Below are positions 9,219 through 18,500 of a stretch of 41,351 nucleotides of DNA, one piece after another. The notes under the pieces are model-generated. The model saw only the letters and a program-made list of their open reading frames with translations, was not told the origin of the DNA and did not search any database. The stretch spans positions 1 to 41,351 of the IMG/VR virus record IMGVR_UViG_3300031555_005503. One strand, given 5' to 3'. Position 1 is the stretch's first letter, and each line of letters starts with the position of its first letter. The stretch is from a virus. Taxonomy: Duplodnaviria > Heunggongvirae > Uroviricota > Caudoviricetes. Made by a program: the position numbers and the translations under genes.

Positions 9219-9641
9219 ATGGGCACTTCCTATGATAAAATATATCGCATTTTTTCAAACAAGATAGTTGATTATGAACCGTTATTAATGTCAGATGATG
9301 AGCTACGATCATACTGTCATAGCTTTCTCGCTTCTGCAATGGTTAAAATCAAAAATTTTGATCATGATTTATCCGACAGAGATGATGTTATTGCTTCTTT
9401 TGGAGTGGATTTATCTGATAAAGAATGTGAAGTAATTGCATGTCAAATGGTGGTTGAATGGGTAGAACGTAAAACAAATACCGTGCAAAATATTCATATG
9501 TTTGTTGGAACTAAAGATGAAAGCATGGCATCCCAGGCAAATCATATTAGAGCATTACTAGAATTAAGAGATAAGCAAACGGCGCTTATATCTGTAATTA
9601 TTAGAGATCATAAATATCGTGCATGGATAGAGGAGGCATAA
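9219..9641 (+). CDS. Putative head-tail connector
   Basis: 140 aa helical protein, AGGAGG SD; function from synteny. Confidence 0.5.
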   Translation: MGTSYDKIYRIFSNKIVDYEPLLMSDDELRSYCHSFLASAMVKIKNFDHDLSDRDDVIASFGVDLSDKECEVIACQMVVEWVERKTNTVQNIHMFVGTKDESMASQANHIRALLELRDKQTALISVIIRDHKYRAWIEEA

Positions 9642-9642
9642 A

Positions 9643-9954
9643 ATGGATACTAAATATGGTCAAATTCCCCCTTCTATCTTTAATGATTATCGTGACTCTT
9701 TAATAAGCCGAGTTTGGATTCTTCTTCCACTTAGAGAAGAAAATTGTTCAACATTAAAAGAAAATATTGAGCGACTGAATCGTGAATTGTATGGTTTATT
9801 AAAGGTAAACTCTAAGCATAACAAATATATTCTTACGATAATGAATCTTCTTGAAAATTCTATTTCTGAGCAAAATTTTTCTATATATCGTTCAGATATT
9901 TTGCGTTGTTGTGAATTGATTAAAAAAATTGATGGTGGTGATTCTAATGTTTGA
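9643..9954 (+). CDS. Hypothetical neck-region protein
   Basis: GAGGAGG SD; tightly packed between neighbours. Confidence 0.6.
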   Translation: MDTKYGQIPPSIFNDYRDSLISRVWILLPLREENCSTLKENIERLNRELYGLLKVNSKHNKYILTIMNLLENSISEQNFSIYRSDILRCCELIKKIDGGDSNV

Positions 9955-10993
9955 AGAATATCGAGCAAGAATGGCACGTCAAGGAGGAAGTATTCGAGCT
10001 GCTAATAAATTACATGCTGAACAGATTATGGATCATAGTTTTGCTGATTCTCAATCTTATCGACAAGTATTTATTCACGGACAAGAATATGATGCTAGAA
10101 TTATATCTGATTCAAAGACAACGGTTCGTGGCGGAAATGGTAATTATGTAATTCAACTTAAAAATAATTATCCTTTAAAAGCTGGAACTTATATACAGAT
10201 TCCGGATACAGAGGGTAATCTTGATTGGTGGCTTACATTATATGAATCAGATGCGACTTTATTTCCAAAGCATATTATCAAGAAGTGTAATTACTTATTA
10301 AAATGGAAAAATCATGATGGTGAAATAGTTAAACGTTGGTGTGTATTTAGTGATAATAATAAATTAATGGATGCAGAAAGAAAGACTAATTATAATAAAT
10401 TGACTCTTTCTTATTATTCAACATCATTAATTCTCCCTTGTGATAATGAAACTATAAACATCAGAATAGATAAACGATTCCTTATTGATCATAAGGATGT
10501 TATTGATAATCCTGACGCATGGATTGTAACAAATAGAAATATCGTTTCTAAACGTTTTGATGCATATGATGGAGTTATCGAACTTGCTATTTCAAGACAT
10601 CAATTTAATCATAATACTGATAGTAAAAAGTATATGATCGCAGATTATTATACAAATTTAGATAATTTAGAAGAAGTCGATGAGACTTCTCTTTTTGATT
10701 GTCGAATTGTATTTAATGGAACTTCTGATTTGAAGATGAGTACTCCATTTAAGAATTATACCGCAGAAGTATATTGTAATGGCGTTCTCAAAGACGATAT
10801 TCCTATAATGTGGAATATTATTGCTGATGACTCTATACTTGATTATTTAACTTATGAGACTATTAAAAATACATTAAAAATAAAATGCAAATTTAATAGC
10901 TCTCTTCTTAATTCCCATTTTAAATTAATTGCAATAAATGAAGAATTTGGATGCTCCGCTGAACTTCCTGTAAAGGTGGTGAGCAATATTTAA
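9947..10993 (+). CDS. Putative head-closure/neck protein with beta-rich C-terminal domain
   Basis: ATG 9947 with GGTGGTG SD preferred over track start 9929; function from synteny. Confidence 0.5.
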   Translation: MFEEYRARMARQGGSIRAANKLHAEQIMDHSFADSQSYRQVFIHGQEYDARIISDSKTTVRGGNGNYVIQLKNNYPLKAGTYIQIPDTEGNLDWWLTLYESDATLFPKHIIKKCNYLLKWKNHDGEIVKRWCVFSDNNKLMDAERKTNYNKLTLSYYSTSLILPCDNETINIRIDKRFLIDHKDVIDNPDAWIVTNRNIVSKRFDAYDGVIELAISRHQFNHNTDSKKYMIADYYTNLDNLEEVDETSLFDCRIVFNGTSDLKMSTPFKNYTAEVYCNGVLKDDIPIMWNIIADDSILDYLTYETIKNTLKIKCKFNSSLLNSHFKLIAINEEFGCSAELPVKVVSNI

Positions 10994-11493
10994 TGAGTAC
11001 TTCTGAAGCAAATAGAATAGTTTCTATGAATAAAGAGCTTTACGATTATAAAAGAAAAGTAATTGATAAGCTCTTATCTAATCAAGAGATTGTTGAAGGG
11101 TTGAATGTTCAGGAAGAGTTGGATCCTGGCGAATTAGTTTATAAATATATATTCCCATTTGGTGTAATCGCACCAACTCAAACTGAAACAAAATGTTACA
11201 TCACTGTAGAAATTACAATGCCTCAGGTTTCTACAGTAAATAGATTCTTTAAAGATATTCTGTTAGTTATTAATGTCATTTGTCATAATGATTTAATGCG
11301 CACAGATTATAGTATACCGAGGCATGATTACTTATCTGCAAAAATTTGCGAATTACTAAATGGGAGCACTGCTTTTGGCTATGGAGAAGTTCAATTGGTA
11401 TCCAATACTGAGGGAGCATATTCTGAAAGACATTCTGGAAGAACTATGCGATTCCAAGTTAAAGAGCAGGCTCAAACTAATTTATGTAGATAG
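10993..11493 (+). CDS. Putative tail terminator/completion protein
   Basis: TAATG coupling to upstream gene; RHDYL..I.ELLNG..FGYG motif; position. Confidence 0.5.
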   Translation: MSTSEANRIVSMNKELYDYKRKVIDKLLSNQEIVEGLNVQEELDPGELVYKYIFPFGVIAPTQTETKCYITVEITMPQVSTVNRFFKDILLVINVICHNDLMRTDYSIPRHDYLSAKICELLNGSTAFGYGEVQLVSNTEGAYSERHSGRTMRFQVKEQAQTNLCR

Positions 11494-11502
11494 GATAAAT
11501 TT

Positions 11503-12246
11503 ATGATAGATAAATTAGCATTATTAAAAGGTGCTCCCTACCGTATCACAGATATGATTTCTGTTAGAAATCCAAAGTTAGGTGAAATCACTGACTTTGG
11601 TGAAGATAACTATTATGGATTACTTAGCCAATTATGCGCTACATCATTTGATTACCGCTTAGATCTTGAAGAGGCCGGTATTGATTATTTAACCATTGAT
11701 GATTGGCATATGTTTTTAAATTCTCGATTATCATTCGATTATGAAAAAACTAAAATGCTTATTCCTGATGTAGATATTGCTGAACTAAAAGCGGCGAAAT
11801 CTGATAGTGGAGAAATAGTGTTATTGAATGATGATGGTAAGATAGTTATTAATGAGTTTGTTTATCTTGAAATCGTAGACTTTATTCGAAGTTGTCATGG
11901 ATTTGAAAGGAATTTCAAAATTCCGGGTAATAAAATGGCTCGCACGATTTATATGCGTGAAGCCAAAGAATTAAGAGAGCGATCAAAAAGAAATCAGAAC
12001 AAACCATTTGAATCATATTTAGAGCCTTTAATTTCTGCTCTGTGTAATTCTGAAGGATTTAAATATAACTTTGATACAGTATGGGATTTATCAATATATA
12101 CATTTATGGATGCAACTCGAAGAATTCAAAAAATTAAGAGTGCAGACCATCTTATGGGCGGCATGTATGGTGGCATGTTAGACGTAAGTAAAATGAACAA
12201 AACACAATTAAATAAAGACTTAAATTGGATGGGAGAGCTTAAATAG
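11503..12246 (+). CDS. Tail-region protein, possibly an assembly chaperone
   Basis: 247 aa ORF directly before tail tube gene; function uncertain. Confidence 0.5.
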   Translation: MIDKLALLKGAPYRITDMISVRNPKLGEITDFGEDNYYGLLSQLCATSFDYRLDLEEAGIDYLTIDDWHMFLNSRLSFDYEKTKMLIPDVDIAELKAAKSDSGEIVLLNDDGKIVINEFVYLEIVDFIRSCHGFERNFKIPGNKMARTIYMREAKELRERSKRNQNKPFESYLEPLISALCNSEGFKYNFDTVWDLSIYTFMDATRRIQKIKSADHLMGGMYGGMLDVSKMNKTQLNKDLNWMGELK

Positions 12247-12258
12247 CTCTTCTTTTTT
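12233..12258 (+). terminator. Terminator-like hairpin overlapping stop codon
   Basis: GAGAGCT/AGCTCTT stem plus CTTTTTT. Confidence 0.6.
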
Positions 12259-12279
12259 ATTTTAAAGGAGGAATTATAG

Positions 12280-13062
12280 ATGGCAATTAATATAGACAAT
12301 CTGGTTATTAATAGAGCGCTGTCTGGATCAATGATCAATAGATCAACTGGTGAAGCTTATTACAGCCTTAATCAGATCACAGAACCATCTCTGGAATGTA
12401 CTGGTGAACAGGTTTACGCTGTTGACGCTCAGGGAATTAAGGTTGCATCCTTTGATAGAAATAAGGAAGCTACTCTGAGTGGTTCTAACGCATTTGTAAA
12501 CCTTGGACTGGCTGCTGCTCAGTGGGGTAGTGAAAAGAAGGTTGCTTCTGATACTGAAAAGATTATCGTTCCAGTAAGAGAAGTTGTTACAGTAACTGGT
12601 GGAGCTGCAGTTCTGAATACTGTTCCAGCTGTTGGCGAAATCGTTTCTGTAAGCATTATGACAAAGGATGGCGGAATTGATGCTACTCTGTCTCAGGCAG
12701 ATGCTGCTGCTGAAGGCAAGTTTGCTATTGACGGCGCTAATATTACTGTTGATGCTGCTTCAGTTCCAGACGGATCAAATCTCGTTGTTCTGTATAAGAA
12801 AGAATCTGCAAGTGCTGTACAGATTGAAAACAGAGCTGACTGCTTCGCTAAGGGTGGAGAATTCTGGCTTGAAGTACTGTTTGTTGACCCTTGTGATACA
12901 AACGTAGAATATCATGGATTCTTAGTATTCCCTAACGCTAAGATGTCCAACGAAACAACAATTGACTTTAATAATGAAGCAACTCATGGTTTCACAATTG
13001 AAGCTATGCAGGATTACTGCGACCCAGATAAGAAGCTGTTCCACCTGGTAGTTTCTGAATAA
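12280..13062 (+). CDS. Major tail (tube) protein
   Basis: 260 aa beta-rich; LSGSNAF.NLGL, FPNAKMS, EATHGFTIEAM motifs; capsid-like codon bias. Confidence 0.7.
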   Translation: MAINIDNLVINRALSGSMINRSTGEAYYSLNQITEPSLECTGEQVYAVDAQGIKVASFDRNKEATLSGSNAFVNLGLAAAQWGSEKKVASDTEKIIVPVREVVTVTGGAAVLNTVPAVGEIVSVSIMTKDGGIDATLSQADAAAEGKFAIDGANITVDAASVPDGSNLVVLYKKESASAVQIENRADCFAKGGEFWLEVLFVDPCDTNVEYHGFLVFPNAKMSNETTIDFNNEATHGFTIEAMQDYCDPDKKLFHLVVSE

Positions 13063-13079
13063 TCTGAGGCGGTGATCTT

Positions 13080-13439
13080 ATGGCTGCTAAAAACATAAGT
13101 AATTGTTTCCTTTGTGGCACTGAATATGAAGTTTGTAAGATGTGCAGACAGGTGAAAGAATACACACCTTGGAGACAGGAATGTGATTCTGCTAGACATT
13201 GGCAGATTTATACTATTGTGAAAGAACTTAGAAAAGGCATTTTAAATGCAGACGAAGCAAAAGAAAGACTTGATTATTTAAAAGTTGATCTTAATGAAAT
13301 TAAGACTTTTGTTCCATCTGTACAAGCTACTCTCTCTCCTCTTTATGAGGTTAAAACGATTGAGTCTAAGGTTCGTAAAAATAAAAGATTTACTGAGGTT
13401 GAATCTGAATTTGAAGTTTCAGTAGAAGACGAACAGTAA
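13080..13439 (+). CDS. Small Cys-rich (CxxC...CxxC) hypothetical protein
   Basis: CFLCGTEYEVCKMC; GAGGCGG SD. Confidence 0.65.
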   Translation: MAAKNISNCFLCGTEYEVCKMCRQVKEYTPWRQECDSARHWQIYTIVKELRKGILNADEAKERLDYLKVDLNEIKTFVPSVQATLSPLYEVKTIESKVRKNKRFTEVESEFEVSVEDEQ

Positions 13440-13458
13440 GTTAAAGAAGGTTTAGATT

Positions 13459-13530
13459 AGAGGTATTAGGAATGGAGGATTTATTGTTTTTTTAAAGGGA
13501 TATATCCCCTACCCTTTTACCTCTTTTTTT
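13459..13530 (+). terminator. Long-loop terminator-like structure
   Basis: AGAGGTA 13459-13465 pairs with TACCTCT 13518-13524, then T-run; inner AGGGA/TCCC hairpin. Confidence 0.45.
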
Positions 13531-13537
13531 ACGAATT

Positions 13538-13984
13538 ATGAATTATTCAACAATTTATTATTTAATTATTAATCAAAATGATGTGGATGAGTTTAATCAA
13601 ATGTATTTTAATGAACATCCGCGTGCAAAAATACCACCGATTAAAGCGCCTCAACATCCTAGTATAAATGAATATTCTATTATGAATAATCAGGCCGCTA
13701 ATAAATTAAAGCAAAATTGGAAAGCTTTTATTAGTTGGCTTTTGAATAAACATAGTTTAACTGGCTTGAATATACAAAAATGTCAAATTACTTATACAAC
13801 TTATTTTAAGACTGCTCATAGGCATGATGTCGATAATGTAAGTCCTAAATATATTTTTGATGCTTTTGTTGATAGTAAATTTATTGTCGATGATGATCTT
13901 GAACATATTACCAGTCTAACTATTAAAGGTGGTATCGATAAAGAAAATCCACGTATTGAATTTATTGTGGAGGTTATAGAGTAA
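13538..13984 (+). CDS. rusA: RusA-family Holliday junction resolvase
   Basis: HRHDVDNVSPKYIFDAFVDSKFIVDDD matches RusA D-x-DN...K...D....DD pattern; C-terminal PRIEFIV; no obvious SD. Confidence 0.7.
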   Translation: MNYSTIYYLIINQNDVDEFNQMYFNEHPRAKIPPIKAPQHPSINEYSIMNNQAANKLKQNWKAFISWLLNKHSLTGLNIQKCQITYTTYFKTAHRHDVDNVSPKYIFDAFVDSKFIVDDDLEHITSLTIKGGIDKENPRIEFIVEVIE

Positions 13985-13997
13985 AGGAGAAATATAT

Positions 13998-14585
13998 ATG
14001 GCAAAAACTTTAATGGAAAGCATTGAAGATTTTATTGTTGAAGATAAAAAATATATTAAGTATGGTACAGGAGACGATATTTTTAAAGTTGAAATAAATG
14101 AGGATGCGTCTTTAGATGATATACATAATGCGATTGTAATGATTGTTGATAATGTAGAAAATCAAAATTTTGCATACTATTTAATCGATATTTTAGAGGC
14201 ATATCATATTTTAAATTTATTTACAAATATCCCTGTTCCTATGATTAGTGATGAAATTCCAGATTTTGAAAAGTGTTATGATATTTGTTTAAAACTTCAG
14301 CTTAAGTATTACTTAACACAGACATCAAATATAGTTTTAAATCATATTTCAATGATTGAACAAAATGTTTGGAGATCTCTTGAATATAAAAAATCTCTTA
14401 AAGCTTTAATTCCTTATGAAAGCTTAATGGCGGCTTTAAACCAGTTCTATGAAATACTCGATGATCTTGATAAAGTCGTTGAAGCTCAGAAAGATATTGA
14501 TATCGAAGTAATCGCCAATCAGCTTAATGAAGTTACATCAAAGTTATCTTTGGTGGAAGAAATGAAAAAGGAAAATTCAAAATAA
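13998..14585 (+). CDS. Hypothetical protein
   Basis: AAGGAG SD; 195 aa ORF. Confidence 0.65.
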   Translation: MAKTLMESIEDFIVEDKKYIKYGTGDDIFKVEINEDASLDDIHNAIVMIVDNVENQNFAYYLIDILEAYHILNLFTNIPVPMISDEIPDFEKCYDICLKLQLKYYLTQTSNIVLNHISMIEQNVWRSLEYKKSLKALIPYESLMAALNQFYEILDDLDKVVEAQKDIDIEVIANQLNEVTSKLSLVEEMKKENSK

Positions 14586-14614
14586 CGTGAAGTATTTTTC
14601 ACGTTATTTTTTTT
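14581..14614 (+). terminator. Intrinsic terminator
   Basis: Perfect AATAACGTGAA/TTCACGTTATT stem with T-run. Confidence 0.75.
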
Positions 14615-14687
14615 ATGGATTTAAAGTTTATGTGAAATAAGATACATCGCTAACTTAACGATATTGAGATAAAGTGGGGTGATTAAG

Positions 14688-15455
14688 ATGTATATCATTT
14701 TAATAAATGAAGATAATACTATGAGTGCGACTCAGAAACAACGCATTATACAAAGAAGTAAGTTAGTTGATGACTTATGGTTCTTAGTAAACCCAATATA
14801 TAATGGACATGATTTAACAAATGCTACTGTTTTATTAGAATATGTAAAACCTGTAAGTAAAGAATATAAAACAGAAACGCTGGTATTATCTGAAGAAAGA
14901 TATAAAGATTATTTAAAATATATATTACCTGTAGATACAGAATTTACAAAAGAAGCTGGAATTCTTGAAGTTCAATTATCTTTTCTCTATTTAGATGTTG
15001 ATTCTGATGGAGCTCCAGTTCAAAGAGTACGTAAAATTTCTCCTGCGATAAAAGTAAAGGTCTTCCCTATTTCTGCTTGGAGCGATTTTATTCCTGATAG
15101 TGCATTAAGTGCTATAGATCAAAGAATTATAAAACAAGACGCTCAAATAAAGATGATGGCTGATTTAGTTGACAATATGAGCATGAATATGGTTGATGAT
15201 ATCAAATATAATGAAACTGAAGAAACATTACAACTTCAATCTGGTGGATATGGAATTGGAAGTAAGGTTTCTGTTCGAGATATGATTGACGATGGAATTC
15301 CAGTAGTAGATTTAGATAGTGATACTGGAGAAGTTGTTCTTCCAGAAGATAAATGTGATTGTGGATGCGAAGATAATGTAGTTGAATTCGGATATAGTGA
15401 AATTATTAAGGATCCTATTTCTTCAGAAGATGAAAACAACGTAGTTGAATTTTAA
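14688..15455 (+). CDS. BppU-like baseplate upper/adaptor protein
   Basis: ATG 14688 with GGGGTG SD (track GTG 14679); ATVLLEYVKP...YILPVDTEFTKEAGILEVQLSF BppU-type beta-sandwich; ends in duplicated VVEF motif. Confidence 0.6.
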   Translation: MYIILINEDNTMSATQKQRIIQRSKLVDDLWFLVNPIYNGHDLTNATVLLEYVKPVSKEYKTETLVLSEERYKDYLKYILPVDTEFTKEAGILEVQLSFLYLDVDSDGAPVQRVRKISPAIKVKVFPISAWSDFIPDSALSAIDQRIIKQDAQIKMMADLVDNMSMNMVDDIKYNETEETLQLQSGGYGIGSKVSVRDMIDDGIPVVDLDSDTGEVVLPEDKCDCGCEDNVVEFGYSEIIKDPISSEDENNVVEF

Positions 15456-15464
15456 TAAAAATAT

Positions 15465-15496
15465 GAGGATGAATTTTTCATCCTCTTTTATTTTTT
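15465..15496 (+). terminator. Intrinsic terminator-like hairpin
   Basis: GAGGATGAA/TTCATCCTC stem with T-rich tail. Confidence 0.75.
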
Positions 15497-15516
15497 GAAA
15501 GGAGGATGAATAATTA

Positions 15517-18500
15517 ATGAGTGTATCATTTAAAGACTCTATGAAAAAAAATTTAGAAAATGCAAATAATGTAGTTATTGTTTCTGCTTCTTCTGAATTT
15601 GATGAGCCCTTAGTTAACGAAACGATTTCTACAATAAATATAGATTATGAAACTGAGTCAGATTATATTATGACTTTAGATGCAAATGATGAAGTCCCTG
15701 AAATTGCCGCATATTCTGGAGATGATGGTAACTGGAATGAAGATAATAATTATAGAAGATATAATAAATTTGAAGATAATAAAATTTCACATATCACATC
15801 TGACAAAGATATTTTGCTTGATGGAAGTCAGTTTAATATAACTCAGGAAATTAATTCTCAGTATATCCCGTTTGAAATGCCAAGATATTATGACGGGTTT
15901 GATTTACATGGAACGGCGCTTTCAATTCATTATGAAACAAGTGATGGATTACATGGAGCGACTGAGCCAATTAATGTTAATTATAATGATGAAAAAATTA
16001 GATTTGGTTGGCTAGTAGACGCAGGTGCTACTCAGACTCCAGGAAATCTTAAATTTGAAATTCATGCTATTGGTAGCTTCCGTGATAGTAAAGGAAATGA
16101 TTGTTCTTATGTTTGGAAATCTAAATATAATGATACTTTAAATGTTTTACAATCATTGTGTGATAAAGATTGTCATGGTGCAATTAACATTGATGATTCT
16201 TGGGTGCAAGAACTTGTTACTGCTGTTGCAAAGAGCGTTTCTGAAGAAATTAAGAATGTTGTTGTAGGTGAATATATTCAGGCTGCTGAAGATGCAGCTA
16301 ATAGAGCTGAAGATGCAGCTGATAGAGCTGAGCAAGTTGTTACAGAAGAACTTAGTAAATACGCTACTACTGACTATGTTGATAATGCGATTGCAGAAGC
16401 AGATATATCAGATAAATTAAATGATTATGCCTTAAAAACATATGTTGATGGTGCTGTTGCGGGTGTTACAGAAAATTTAACAAATAATTATTATAATAAA
16501 ACGGATGCTGATACAAAAGTTGCGGCAACTCTTGAAGATTATGCTACTAAGCAGAATGTCTCTGATGCTATTGCCGCTGCCGATATTTCCGGTAAGCTCG
16601 CAGACTATTATAAAAAAGAAGAAACCTATTCAAGAACAGAGGTTGATACTGCCCTTGGAAATGTTAAAGTCGATTTAAGCGGATATGCAACTGAAAGTTT
16701 TGTAACTGGTAAAACCGATCCCTTATCAAGCTCTATTTCTACAAATGCAAGAAATATCGCAACTTTAAGTGGCACTGTTAAAGATTTGCAAGGTATTGTC
16801 GGATCTATAGACACCTCCCCTCGCCTTACCTATGATGTAGTTTATAATGATATAGAAGATCCAGATGTTGGTGAGAATGTATTTGTTTTTTATGAAATTG
16901 AGAATGAGGGCGAAGAAGATGAAAAGAAAAGTCCTAAACAGAAATTCACCATTGCTGGTGGCTCTGGTAGTGCTACAGGTAGTGCTTTAAAAATTGGTTA
17001 TGTAACCACTTCTCCCCTTGTTGTTACAGCAAATGATAGAGCATTAATTACATATACTTTCTCTGGTGTCGATTCTTCTGGCGATGCTATAACAGAAGGT
17101 AATGCTGTTTGGAAAGTTAATGGAAAGATTGTTGATACTAATACAGCCTCTGGAGTTACTAAGGATGAAGGTGGTAATGTCATAGCTCAGCAGGGAGAAA
17201 ATACATTTGACATTACAGATTACATTTCTATTGGTACACAAAAGGTTAATTTGACAATTACAGATGATGCTGGAAGTTTAGCTTCTAAAAATTGGACTGT
17301 TCAAGTTGTTGATGTAAGATTAGAATCTGACTTTAATGATAAGTTTTTCTATGAAACTGGAAAAATTACTTTTAATTACACCCCTTATGGTGCTATTTCT
17401 AAAGATATTCATTTCATTTTATATGATGATACTGGAAAAGGAACGGAAGTTAAAACTATCACTACTTCTGCTTCGGGTGTGCCAAATGGATATGAATTAA
17501 ACATTGAAGAACATGGCTCTCATTTATTAGAAGTTTATATGACTTCTAAAATCAATGGAAGTACAATTGAATCAAATCATATTTTTAAAGATATTATTGT
17601 ATATGAATCTGGGAACACCATTCCTATTATTGGTTGTGTTCAGCAAGATTTTATTATGCAGCAATATGATACTACAAATATTAAATATACAGTGTATGAT
17701 CCATCTACTGAAACTCCTGATGTTGAAATTGCTGTAGATGGAACAGTTGTGTCAATTCTTACACTGACGGAGAATACTGCAATTTATCCGTTTAAAACAG
17801 ATATTGTAGGAGAGCATATTATTACAATTACTTGTGGTGAAGCTATTAAAACATTAACAGCTAATGTTACAAAGCTGGATATTAATGTATCTCCTGTTAC
17901 TACTGGATTAGCATTTGACTTCAATCCTGTTGGTTATTCTAATAACTCAGTAGATAGATTATGGTCATATAATGATGTGACCATGACGGTTTCTGACAAT
18001 TTTGATTGGATAAATGGTGGCTATCAAATTGATGAAAATGGTGATCAGTATTTCTGTGTAAAGGCTGGTACTAATGCCATCATTAATTACAATTTATTTG
18101 CAGATGACCCCAAAAAAACTGGTAAGGAATTTAAGGTAATTTTTAGAACAAAAAATATTAGAAGACGTGACACCTCTTTCCTAACCTGTATTGATGAAAA
18201 TATTGGTTTGGATATGAAAGTTGAAAATGCAACTATCTATGATAGTGGTGGTTTATTGAAGTCAAATTATTGTGAAAATGAAATTATTGAATATGAATTT
18301 AATATAAATAAAGATATAAATATGATGATAGTTATGTCATATGAAGATGGCACACCTAGTAAACCTTATGAGTATACAGCAACTTCATCATTCAAACAAT
18401 CATCTCCTCAGCCTATTACCATAGGAAGTCCTGATTGTGATATTTACATTTATAGAATGAAAGCATATTCAATTTCATTAACAGATATAGATATTAAAAA

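Noticed and set aside
12280-14585. Tail chaperone frameshift pair, tape measure or sheath gene
   Set aside because: No long helical tape-measure ORF, sheath or convincing slippery site here; these probably lie outside the window
14581-14608. 11-6-11 inverted repeat as a dif-like or recombinase core site (also the 12-7-12 repeat at 37260)
   Set aside because: Arms do not resemble XerC/XerD boxes, the two sites are unrelated to each other, and both follow stop codons with T-tails as terminators do
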